Below, piece by piece: positions 1-8,519 of a DNA stretch of 20,000 nucleotides. This DNA comes from an uncultured virus (IMG/VR IMGVR_UViG_3300037249_000775) (lineage: Duplodnaviria > Heunggongvirae > Uroviricota > Caudoviricetes), in IMG/VR virus record IMGVR_UViG_3300037249_000775. One strand, 5' to 3'. The notes under the pieces are model-generated. The model saw only the letters and a program-made list of their open reading frames with translations, had not been told where the DNA came from and did not search any database. The position numbers and the translations under genes are program-made. Numbering within the stretch: position 1 is the stretch's first letter; the number at the start of each line of letters is the position of its first letter.

Positions 1-1999
1 GTATGATCCAACATTGGTTACTGTAGACCCATTTGCAGTTGATCCTAAAACAAAACACACATCATTAACACAAGACCAGATTGCACGTATAGTGAATGAG
101 TGTGTTAGAAATCCATGGTATTATTTACGTGAAATATCAAGAATACCTGACCAGGGTGGTACAGCAGTTCCATATAAAGCTAATAGAGGAAATATTGCAC
201 AAGCTTACTGTATTTTACGTGGATTAGATTCATGGCTAGAACTTGTTAGACAGAAAGGTAAAACACAATCAGCTCTTGCTATACAAGCTTGGGCTTATAA
301 TTTTGGTACAACAAATTCTGAATTTATTTTTGTGAATAAAGATGGTGATAATGCTAAAACTAATTTAAGACGTTTAACTGACCAAATTAATTTATTACCT
401 GAATATTTACAATTTAAATCTGTTGTAGATGAAGAGGGTGTACGAACCAAAGCAAGAAATAATGCTACAATGATTAGACACCCGATTAATAATAATTCAA
501 TTATTACTAAACCTAAAGCAACATCATATGATAAGGCGTTGTCATTAGCTAGAGGTCTTACAGCACCTATTTTACATTTTGATGAGCCTGAATTTACCGA
601 GCATATTGGAACGATTGTAGCAAACTCGGTATCTACATATGAACAAGCTGCATCAAATGCTAAAAAGAATAATGCTATGTATGCAAGAATATTTACATGT
701 ACACCCGGTGATCAAGATACAAAATCAGCACAGGAAGCTCAAAAAATATTAGACCGCACATGTCCATGGACAGAACGTATTTATGATTGGACAGATGAAC
801 AAATAGAGAATTATATAGCATCACAAGGTAAAGAATGTAATAGAATATTTTATATTAAATATTATTATTATCAAATTGGTTTAACACAAGAATGGCTACA
901 AGAGATTAGTGCTAAAATTGGTGACCCATTAACAGTAAGAAGAGAAATACTTTTACAACGATTACATGGTTCATCATTATCTCCGTTTGACCAAGAAGAT
1001 ATTGAATATATAGTTGAAACAGAACATAAACCTATTGATGAACTATGGTTATTAGATTATTTTAAATTTGATATTTATCAGCCATTAAATAAATATACAG
1101 CATATATTATTGGAGTTGACTGTTCAACAGGTACTAATGGTGATAATAATGCTATAACTATTTTAGACCCATATACAGTAGAACCTGTCGCTGAGTTTGA
1201 ATGTTCATTCATAGGAGAAACTAAATTCTGCAAATTATTAATTGAATTAATTTGTAAGCATTTACCTAAATCAGTTTTATGTATTGAACGTAATAGTGTG
1301 GGCGATGCAATTATTGATTTCTTATTAAATTCTTCTATTAGGTCTAATCTTTATTTTGATAAGGCAAAAGATTTACAGGAAGAAAAAATGAAACAAAATG
1401 AAACGATAGAATCTATATTAAAAAAGCAAGCTCAAGTAAAAACATATTATGGTGTTTATACAAGTGGTAATTCTAGAGAAACTATGATGAGTATATTAGC
1501 TAGACATGTAAATGAATATAAAGAAAAATTTATTACACATAATATTATTAGAGATTTATCAAGACTAAAAAGAACTGGTTCAGGTAAAGTTCAAGCTATT
1601 GGTGATGATCACGATGACTCTATAATGTCGTATTTAATAGCACTATATGTTTTATATCATGGCAATAATTTAATTTCATTTGGTATAATTAGAGGATTGC
1701 GTAATGAAGAAGTAATAGAAAAAAAACATAAAACTGCTGATGAAATTGATCCATCATTAGTATCTCAAGAATTGATAGATAGTGTTAAAAAACAAGAGGC
1801 ATTAGAACGACAAAGAACTTATGATGATATTATGCGTGAAGCAATAACTAATAGTCAAAAGAAAAGTTATAGCATGTATCAATCTGGTATGATATCTAAT
1901 AATATTTTTGGAAATACTCCTGAAGCAAAAATTATTAATGATATAGATAATAATGGTAGTATAGATTTAAATTTCTTTAATGAGTTAAATGGATTTTAA
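1..1999 (+). CDS. terL: Terminase large subunit (5'-truncated; frame open from the window edge)
   Basis: Walker A RQKGKT, Walker B LHFDEPEF, motif III IFTCTPG, RNase H-like nuclease motifs IIGVDCSTG, IERNSVG, HDDSIMS. The frame reads YDPTLVTVDPF from position 2, so the true start lies upstream of the window. Confidence 0.93.
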   Translation, partial: YDPTLVTVDPFAVDPKTKHTSLTQDQIARIVNECVRNPWYYLREISRIPDQGGTAVPYKANRGNIAQAYCILRGLDSWLELVRQKGKTQSALAIQAWAYNFGTTNSEFIFVNKDGDNAKTNLRRLTDQINLLPEYLQFKSVVDEEGVRTKARNNATMIRHPINNNSIITKPKATSYDKALSLARGLTAPILHFDEPEFTEHIGTIVANSVSTYEQAASNAKKNNAMYARIFTCTPGDQDTKSAQEAQKILDRTCPWTERIYDWTDEQIENYIASQGKECNRIFYIKYYYYQIGLTQEWLQEISAKIGDPLTVRREILLQRLHGSSLSPFDQEDIEYIVETEHKPIDELWLLDYFKFDIYQPLNKYTAYIIGVDCSTGTNGDNNAITILDPYTVEPVAEFECSFIGETKFCKLLIELICKHLPKSVLCIERNSVGDAIIDFLLNSSIRSNLYFDKAKDLQEEKMKQNETIESILKKQAQVKTYYGVYTSGNSRETMMSILARHVNEYKEKFITHNIIRDLSRLKRTGSGKVQAIGDDHDDSIMSYLIALYVLYHGNNLISFGIIRGLRNEEVIEKKHKTADEIDPSLVSQELIDSVKKQEALERQRTYDDIMREAITNSQKKSYSMYQSGMISNNIFGNTPEAKIINDIDNNGSIDLNFFNELNGF

Positions 2000-2016
2000 A
2001 AAATAATTACTACGAA

Positions 2017-2029
2017 AACCTTTATCTAA
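2017..2029 (+). promoter_or_regulatory. Near-consensus phage late promoter AACC-N6-TAA
   Basis: aacc-tttatc-taa; one mismatch to the ACA-N6-TAA motif found before other late genes. Confidence 0.35.
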
Positions 2030-2064
2030 TATCCTAATTTATAAAATTGAAAGGAGAGAATGAT

Positions 2065-3408
2065 ATGAGTGATGTATCATTAGAAAATGAAATTGAAGTT
2101 AAAGAAGAGGTAGTTAATGACACTGAAGAGAAAAAAGACGTAGTTACCCCAGAAGATTACAAACTAATTCGTGATATGATGAAAGACATGGATGAATGGA
2201 ACGAAACACTTAACAAATATTCTATCAATAGTCTTCATTATGATTACGGTTTAAGTACAGATATCTTTGTTACTATTGGAATGATTAGTGAAGAAAAGAT
2301 TAAAGAAATGACTCTTGATGAAATTAAAGAATTCTTTAATAAGAATGCTGATCCTAAGTATACTAATAATATTCCTGAAATGAATACTCTTGAAGATGCT
2401 GTTAAATATATGCTGGAAGTAAAAGAAATCCAGACAAATAAATATAATACGGAAATGGATGCTAAACAGTTAAAGGCTGATACAGAGAGTATTACAAATG
2501 ATTATCTTAATTATCTTTCTTCAAATAAAGTTACAGAAGCAAGAAAAAAACGTCTTAATCAGATGAAAGAAATAACTGAAAAAGAAACAGATATTGGTAA
2601 GAAGAGAGAAATGGAGAAATTAATCAAAGCAACAGAATCTATGGATAGCTTTGATTTTGTATTTGATAGATTTGAGAAATTTACTTCCGAGAAAGAACTT
2701 AGAATTACATATGAACAGTTCTTTGATTCTAGAAGAAGTAATTATATTATGGGAAGATTTGAACGTAAAATTAGTAAATTTGGATTTGAGTATCCTATTT
2801 ATAAATATTTTCTTAATTTGGAAGAGAATTTCCTTGAAGAGAAATATCATCCATTTAATAATCTTTTCCTTTTCTATTATATGAGATATGTCGGATATGC
2901 AGATCCATATGATAAAACTCAGAATAGTTTTGTTAAGGTATTTACAAGTACACTTGCTAATCTTGTGTATCATAAATTTCCATCTAATGATTCTGAAAAG
3001 AAATTTTTGGAAATAGTTAGAAAATTTGAAGATATGTTTATGGATAAGCGTGATTACTTTATTGAACATAATACTACACATCCAACACATCCTGTTAGAA
3101 TTGAAAAATCTCAAAAAGCAGAGGTTGACAAAAAGAATAGTGTGATTGCTAAAATGGATGAACTAGGTATTACAGGATATGATTTAAATCAAACGTCAGA
3201 AGAACTTACAAATTATATGAAATCTGAATTAGATAGAATTATTTCTGAAAATACTAAAAGGGTAGAAAAGAAATCTAATGAAGAAAATGATGAAACATCT
3301 GATAGTGATTTAATACCTGTAGAATGTATTGATGATGTAACAACTAGTGATACAGACGATGTAAATAATTCTAATCAGGAAGAAAGTAGTGATGAAAATG
3401 ATAAATAA
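2065..3408 (+). CDS. Hypothetical acidic, helix-rich phage protein
   Basis: Long ORF. RBS AAGGAGAG at 2051-2058 favours the ATG at 2065 over the TTG at 2047. No family recognised. Confidence 0.85.
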   Translation: MSDVSLENEIEVKEEVVNDTEEKKDVVTPEDYKLIRDMMKDMDEWNETLNKYSINSLHYDYGLSTDIFVTIGMISEEKIKEMTLDEIKEFFNKNADPKYTNNIPEMNTLEDAVKYMLEVKEIQTNKYNTEMDAKQLKADTESITNDYLNYLSSNKVTEARKKRLNQMKEITEKETDIGKKREMEKLIKATESMDSFDFVFDRFEKFTSEKELRITYEQFFDSRRSNYIMGRFERKISKFGFEYPIYKYFLNLEENFLEEKYHPFNNLFLFYYMRYVGYADPYDKTQNSFVKVFTSTLANLVYHKFPSNDSEKKFLEIVRKFEDMFMDKRDYFIEHNTTHPTHPVRIEKSQKAEVDKKNSVIAKMDELGITGYDLNQTSEELTNYMKSELDRIISENTKRVEKKSNEENDETSDSDLIPVECIDDVTTSDTDDVNNSNQEESSDENDK

Positions 3409-3799
3409 CTTTAAACTAATATTAAATAGTATTAGTCACAAATTATATGAACAGCATAGAAAATATATTTTTGATATTTATAGTAATTATAAACAAATTT
3501 TAGATATTCGTTCTAAATATGATGGTAATGATATATTAAGAGAAACAAAATTATTTTTACACAGATTATCAATTGAAGAACGAATGAATGATTTAAATTA
3601 TTATTGTGAATATGATAATGATAATCAAATAATTAATGACGCACCATTTTTTAGCAATATTGATGATATTAGAGTTGTTAGGCATGTCGCAAGATGTAAA
3701 ACTAAAGCATGGCTTGAGAAATTACTTAATGATATTCTTGAATACGAAAACGATTTAATTATTCGTTTAAATGTTGATGTAAATGATTTTGAGGGTTAA
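3389..3799 (+). CDS. Hypothetical protein
   Basis: ORF overlapping the previous stop and followed by a hairpin. The start could instead be the ATG at 3392 or 3398. Confidence 0.7.
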   Translation: MMKMINNFKLILNSISHKLYEQHRKYIFDIYSNYKQILDIRSKYDGNDILRETKLFLHRLSIEERMNDLNYYCEYDNDNQIINDAPFFSNIDDIRVVRHVARCKTKAWLEKLLNDILEYENDLIIRLNVDVNDFEG

Positions 3800-3813
3800 T
3801 TTTATTAAATAAA

Positions 3814-3826
3814 AACAATGCTATAA
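3814..3826 (+). promoter_or_regulatory. Putative phage late promoter AACA-N6-TAA
   Basis: aaca-atgcta-taa upstream of the ORF at 3879; matches the AR9-type late consensus AACA-N6-TA. Confidence 0.55.
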
Positions 3827-3860
3827 GTATGGGATAACCATACTTATAGCATTTTATTTT
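3817..3860 (+). terminator. Rho-independent terminator-like hairpin
   Basis: Perfect 16-bp stem aatgctataagtatgg / ccatacttatagcatt with a 5-nt loop, followed by a T-rich tract. Confidence 0.75.
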
Positions 3861-3878
3861 TATGAAAGGAGGAGGAAA

Positions 3879-4616
3879 ATGGCTGAAAACAATTATTTTA
3901 AAAAAGAGGGAGATTATATCTATTTAAATGCTCCTGAATGTAGATTTTATATACCAGAAGATTATTTCGAATCTACTGCTGGGTTTGCCCAAGATAGAGG
4001 TGAAATGATTTATGGTATAGGTTTATTTGATATAGGATTTTTTTCTGATGATAAACTTATTGAAATGAAGATTTTAAATATACCTACATGGATTGAAATG
4101 TTTGTATATGAATCGGAAACAAAAAGTGTTTTATTACCAAGGTCAGATGAACCAACGTTATGTAGAGTACTTACATTTTATAAAGGTTCTAAAATTATGA
4201 AATCTACAATAATCCAAGATTCAGAAAATGCTGTTACATTTTTATATTTAGTTTGTTCTGGTAAAATTCCACAATCGGTTCCTTATAGTAAAGCATCTCA
4301 GATATGGAAGAAAAATCAATCTTTAAATGGTGTTCATTTGGGTGTTCCTGCTGTTATAGAAGAAATGGTTTTATCAGTAACTTATAGAAATAAAAATAAT
4401 CTTGGAGAAAAGTTTTGTTTGGTTGCTGGTAAAGATGATAATGTTTCTGATTATGATTATAAGATGGCAAGTATTAGACAAATTTGTCAGTACTCCTCAA
4501 CATTTACAGCATTAACATTTGAAGACTTTGATTCAATGGTTACTACATCTCTTAATAGAACAGCCGAACATAAATCTGAACAAGAATCTCCTCTGGAGAA
4601 AATAATTAAAATGTAA
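3879..4616 (+). CDS. Hypothetical protein; candidate C-terminal fragment of RNAP beta' (region H)
   Basis: RBS AAGGAGGAGG. NGVHLGVPAVIEEMVLSVTYR and SIRQICQYSSTFTALTFED resemble bacterial beta' [19 protein letters not shown] and [20 protein letters not shown]. The CDS is certain; the function is inferred. Confidence 0.55.
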   Translation: MAENNYFKKEGDYIYLNAPECRFYIPEDYFESTAGFAQDRGEMIYGIGLFDIGFFSDDKLIEMKILNIPTWIEMFVYESETKSVLLPRSDEPTLCRVLTFYKGSKIMKSTIIQDSENAVTFLYLVCSGKIPQSVPYSKASQIWKKNQSLNGVHLGVPAVIEEMVLSVTYRNKNNLGEKFCLVAGKDDNVSDYDYKMASIRQICQYSSTFTALTFEDFDSMVTTSLNRTAEHKSEQESPLEKIIKM

Positions 4617-4639
4617 AAAATTCATTCATCAATGAATAA

Positions 4640-4652
4640 AACAAATATATAA
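4640..4652 (+). promoter_or_regulatory. Putative phage late promoter AACA-N6-TAA
   Basis: aaca-aatata-taa upstream of the tail sheath gene. Confidence 0.6.
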
Positions 4653-4701
4653 AATCTATTAGATAAATTAATAATAGAAATAATAAAGGAGGTTTTGAAA
4701 C

Positions 4702-7440
4702 ATGGCACAAACAACACAGATTGTACCTAAGTTTTCGTTCCCTTATGTGGAAACACATATCAATGACTATACAACAGTAACTAATACTGACGTTGATTAT
4801 GGTGTAATGAACCCTGTTGTTAGTTATATTTTTCCGTTTGTTAGTTCAAAAGGTATTGATAATAAATTTATTAAATATCATGGAAAAGCTAGTATCATAA
4901 AAGCTTATGGTAATAGTAACTGGAAAAAATATGGTCAGCCTCTCATGCAGGTATTAAATATTGCTAATAGTCTTAATAGTGAAATTTGGTGTATGAGAGT
5001 AATGCCTGAAAACGCAACATATGCTCATAATATTGTTTCAGTACACTATAGAGGTGATACTGCAGATAATGTTACTGAAGCACATAAGCGTAGATTTAGA
5101 ATTAAATTTGTTAAAAGCCCTGCTCAGACTAAAAAAGTAGTAACTACTGATGACATCACAACATCAGAGGAATATGAGGATGCAAAAATTATTAAACCAG
5201 CTGATTTACAATTAGCACGATATGTTAATGCAAATGATGGTACATTAGATGATGAGGGTTATTCAATTGAACCCGGTGTATTTACTTTCCGTTCAGCTGG
5301 TCGTGGCGTATATGGTAATAACTATCGTGTAAGAGCAAATCAAAACATTGCATATGAAAAAGAGTACGGAATTAAGTTCTATGACTTCGAAGTATTGAGT
5401 AATGAGAATGCTCTTACAAAAGAAATCACATATACAGGTTCAATGGTTGTATCACAAAAGTATGAAGCAACTACAATGATTAATGATGTGCTCGACGATA
5501 CTCCTACTGGTACAGCACCTGTTTTTCTTAATGTTGACGAAGATGGAGTAGATAATATTTATGCTGCATATGTTGATTGGTTTGAGTCAAATAAGGAAGA
5601 TCTTCTTGATGAAATTACTGATTTACAGTCAGTAGTTGAAGGACACTACAATGATGAGGACGGTAAGTTTTATCTCATATCTAAAGAAGAGAGTAAACCT
5701 GTAATTGATGTAGAATCGGTTGTTGGCGGTAAAGCATATGTGCATCCTGTTGTATCCGGTACACTCACTACCGGTGGTTTTACAGTAGATGGTGAAACGG
5801 TAGATGGTACATCAGACATCATTTATTATGATACAACTACAGAAAAATATTATTTATATGATTCTGAAGCAACACCGAGCTTTGTGGAGCAAGAAGATAC
5901 GTCTTCTTTAATTGTTACAGTTGAAGCTGACAAAATTTATCGTGATACAACAACATCAAAATATTATGAATTAAACACGACATCTAATCTTCTTGTGGAA
6001 ACACATAAACAGGAGGTTGCTGATACAGAAGTTGAACCGATTAAAGATAATAAGGTTTACTATGATAGCGTAGCTGATAAATATTATGTTTATACATCAC
6101 TTACTGATGGAACATATGCATATCAAACAGATGATAGCCTTGTATCTGAGGTTACAGACGGTATGGTTAATGGTACCGAAACATATTCAGCTTTAGTAAA
6201 ACCGTTGATTAAATTAATTCGTTCAATTAAAACATTATTAACATATGGTGTACCTAGTGTTGACGAGTTTGACTTGTTGTTTGGTAGAAGTGTAGCTAAA
6301 ACAACCTCAGACCAACTCATCGCATATCCTCAGAAGCTTACGGATGACATTGATCAGACTGCAACTGATTTTGATACTAATAATTATACAACGACTGAAA
6401 ATGTTGTATATTTTGATAGTGTTGAAGGTGTTAACCTTGTCAATGGTTATGACGGTTATTTCACTGAAGGTGAGCAACGTACTGTACCAACTACCGTTGA
6501 TGGTAAAACGGTTAATGTACAATGGACACTTGATCAAGAAATTGAAGAGTGTTATAAGAATGCATTTAATGGTACATATGATAAGAGAGTACTTTCCGCT
6601 AAGAGACTTAAGGCAAGTGCTCTTTGGGATGCTAACTATCCAATGAGTATTAAGAATGTTATGGCAGACCTTGCTCTTTGTAGAAATGATGGTTTATGTT
6701 ATCTTGACTGTGGTATCATGAGTAACTTTAGTTTGTCTACAGTAGAAAACTTGATTACTGATTTTGCAGGATTTGACGATCATAAAATTTCTAAAAATAT
6801 TCATCATTACTATACAAGAGAAGCTAACACAAAGAAGCGTGTACCTGTAACAATTACATACTTCTTGTCAAGAAAGTTTGCTGATCATGTTGTTAATAAT
6901 GGTTCACATATTCCTTTTGTAAAATCTTATGCTCAACTTGATAACTTTATTAAAGATACAATGTATCCGACAATTGAAGATTATGAAACAGAAATCAAAG
7001 AGAAATTAGTTGATAATAGATTCAACTACTTTGATGTTGTTGATGATGGTGTTTATGAGAGAGCCACTCAGAATACATCACAGTCGTCTATATCCGATCT
7101 TCTTGAGGAAAACAATGTTCATACATTGTATGAAATTAAGAGAATTGTTGAAGCTGATATTACAAGAAATCTCTATGACTTCTCTGATCAACAGACTAGA
7201 CAGAACTTTAGAGATTTTGAAATCGCTAAATTTGAAAACTGGTCTAGTAGACAAGTTAAGAGTTTCGATATTCAGTTTGGTATGAATGCATGGGAGTCTG
7301 AGAGATCAATTCTTCACGCATATATTTCTGTTGTGTTTAGAGGTCTTCAGAAGAGAGCTATTCTTGAAATTGATATTAATAAGAGAACATATAACGAAGA
7401 CGAGTCCAGTACAACTGATTCATTTAGTTATACATATTAA
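4702..7440 (+). CDS. Contractile tail sheath protein with a large central insertion
   Basis: N-terminal FPYVETHIND strand, YG..NWKKYGQP and WCMRVMPENA segments, and a sheath-type C-terminal domain (EENNVHTLYEIKR...ILHAYISVVFRGLQKRAILEIDIN). Lies directly upstream of a tube-sized gene; RBS AAGGAGG. Confidence 0.85.
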   Translation: MAQTTQIVPKFSFPYVETHINDYTTVTNTDVDYGVMNPVVSYIFPFVSSKGIDNKFIKYHGKASIIKAYGNSNWKKYGQPLMQVLNIANSLNSEIWCMRVMPENATYAHNIVSVHYRGDTADNVTEAHKRRFRIKFVKSPAQTKKVVTTDDITTSEEYEDAKIIKPADLQLARYVNANDGTLDDEGYSIEPGVFTFRSAGRGVYGNNYRVRANQNIAYEKEYGIKFYDFEVLSNENALTKEITYTGSMVVSQKYEATTMINDVLDDTPTGTAPVFLNVDEDGVDNIYAAYVDWFESNKEDLLDEITDLQSVVEGHYNDEDGKFYLISKEESKPVIDVESVVGGKAYVHPVVSGTLTTGGFTVDGETVDGTSDIIYYDTTTEKYYLYDSEATPSFVEQEDTSSLIVTVEADKIYRDTTTSKYYELNTTSNLLVETHKQEVADTEVEPIKDNKVYYDSVADKYYVYTSLTDGTYAYQTDDSLVSEVTDGMVNGTETYSALVKPLIKLIRSIKTLLTYGVPSVDEFDLLFGRSVAKTTSDQLIAYPQKLTDDIDQTATDFDTNNYTTTENVVYFDSVEGVNLVNGYDGYFTEGEQRTVPTTVDGKTVNVQWTLDQEIEECYKNAFNGTYDKRVLSAKRLKASALWDANYPMSIKNVMADLALCRNDGLCYLDCGIMSNFSLSTVENLITDFAGFDDHKISKNIHHYYTREANTKKRVPVTITYFLSRKFADHVVNNGSHIPFVKSYAQLDNFIKDTMYPTIEDYETEIKEKLVDNRFNYFDVVDDGVYERATQNTSQSSISDLLEENNVHTLYEIKRIVEADITRNLYDFSDQQTRQNFRDFEIAKFENWSSRQVKSFDIQFGMNAWESERSILHAYISVVFRGLQKRAILEIDINKRTYNEDESSTTDSFSYTY

Positions 7441-7460
7441 TATGAAGGGAGGAAAATAAT

Positions 7461-8414
7461 ATGGCAACAAGTACTATTCAAACAGGTATTCATCATCATA
7501 CCAGAGATGAACTTAAAAACTATGCATTGTTTTTAAGTGGATTGAATGTTACACATGATGTATTACAGAATTATGACCCGTTAAGAACTGGTTATGGTCG
7601 TTTGTTTATGGTTAGGCAACCTGTATTTCTCACAAAATGTATCCCTGATCAAATGTCAAAGTTTAAACATATTCTCGAATATGGCAACACTTCAATAAAC
7701 GGTCTTTCTGATATTACTCAGGAAACAAATACTATTACTGGTGGATATGCTGGTAAGAGTTTTGAAATTCCATCCTATGCTCAAGACGGTACGAATGGAT
7801 TAACTGTTCAGGTTTACGAATTTAGTGGTTCACCGGTTAGAGAAGTAATTCATACATGGATTAATGGTATGAACGATGTTCTTACTGGTCTTACACATTA
7901 TAATGGTTTGGCTACAGGTAATCCTGAAAATGCAAACGGTGATATAGTATATGCATCACAACATAATCAGACAGCAGAGTTTATTTATGTTGCTACAGAT
8001 AATACCGGTACAGAGGTTGAATATGCATGTATGTTTGCAAACTGCTTCCCGAAAGCAATTAAAACCGATCATTTCAATTATCAGTCTGGTAGTCACGAAT
8101 TGGTTGATTATACTATTGATTTTGCTGGAACAAAATATGAATCTATTCAGATTAATAGTGTTGCTAAATCATTACTCGATAGATATAAAATACTCGCTAA
8201 TAGTCTTAACTTTTACAGCGGAATTAAGGCTAATGATGCTAATACACTTGGTAATGGTCATTATTATGATGTAATAGATGGGCAGTTAAAAGATCGCGGA
8301 AGAGGTTCAGACGGTGGTCTGGTAACAACTAACGATAAATATTTTAATACTCCGTTAGATGAGACTGATATTAGTCGTATAAATGCATGGACAACCGATA
8401 ATAAACAATCGTAA
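7461..8414 (+). CDS. Putative tail tube protein
   Basis: 317-aa beta-rich protein immediately after the sheath. Segments YEFSGSPVREVIHTWING and EYACMFANCFPK...FNYQSG...YTIDF resemble the tube fold; RBS GGGAGG. Confidence 0.75.
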   Translation: MATSTIQTGIHHHTRDELKNYALFLSGLNVTHDVLQNYDPLRTGYGRLFMVRQPVFLTKCIPDQMSKFKHILEYGNTSINGLSDITQETNTITGGYAGKSFEIPSYAQDGTNGLTVQVYEFSGSPVREVIHTWINGMNDVLTGLTHYNGLATGNPENANGDIVYASQHNQTAEFIYVATDNTGTEVEYACMFANCFPKAIKTDHFNYQSGSHELVDYTIDFAGTKYESIQINSVAKSLLDRYKILANSLNFYSGIKANDANTLGNGHYYDVIDGQLKDRGRGSDGGLVTTNDKYFNTPLDETDISRINAWTTDNKQS

Positions 8415-8429
8415 TGTATAATTAAATAT

Positions 8430-8472
8430 AAAGAAAAGATACACATTTTATTGTGTATCTTTTCTTTCATTT
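8430..8472 (+). terminator. Rho-independent terminator-like hairpin
   Basis: 16-bp stem aaagaaaagatacaca / tgtgtatcttttcttt with a 6-nt loop, after the tube gene. Confidence 0.75.
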
Positions 8473-8487
8473 ATTATATTATCAAAA

Positions 8488-8500
8488 AACATAGATTTAA
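8488..8500 (+). promoter_or_regulatory. Putative phage late promoter AACA-N6-TAA
   Basis: aaca-tagatt-taa just upstream of the RBS of the RNAP gene. Confidence 0.6.
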
Positions 8501-8519
8501 TATGTAAGGAGGTAATATA

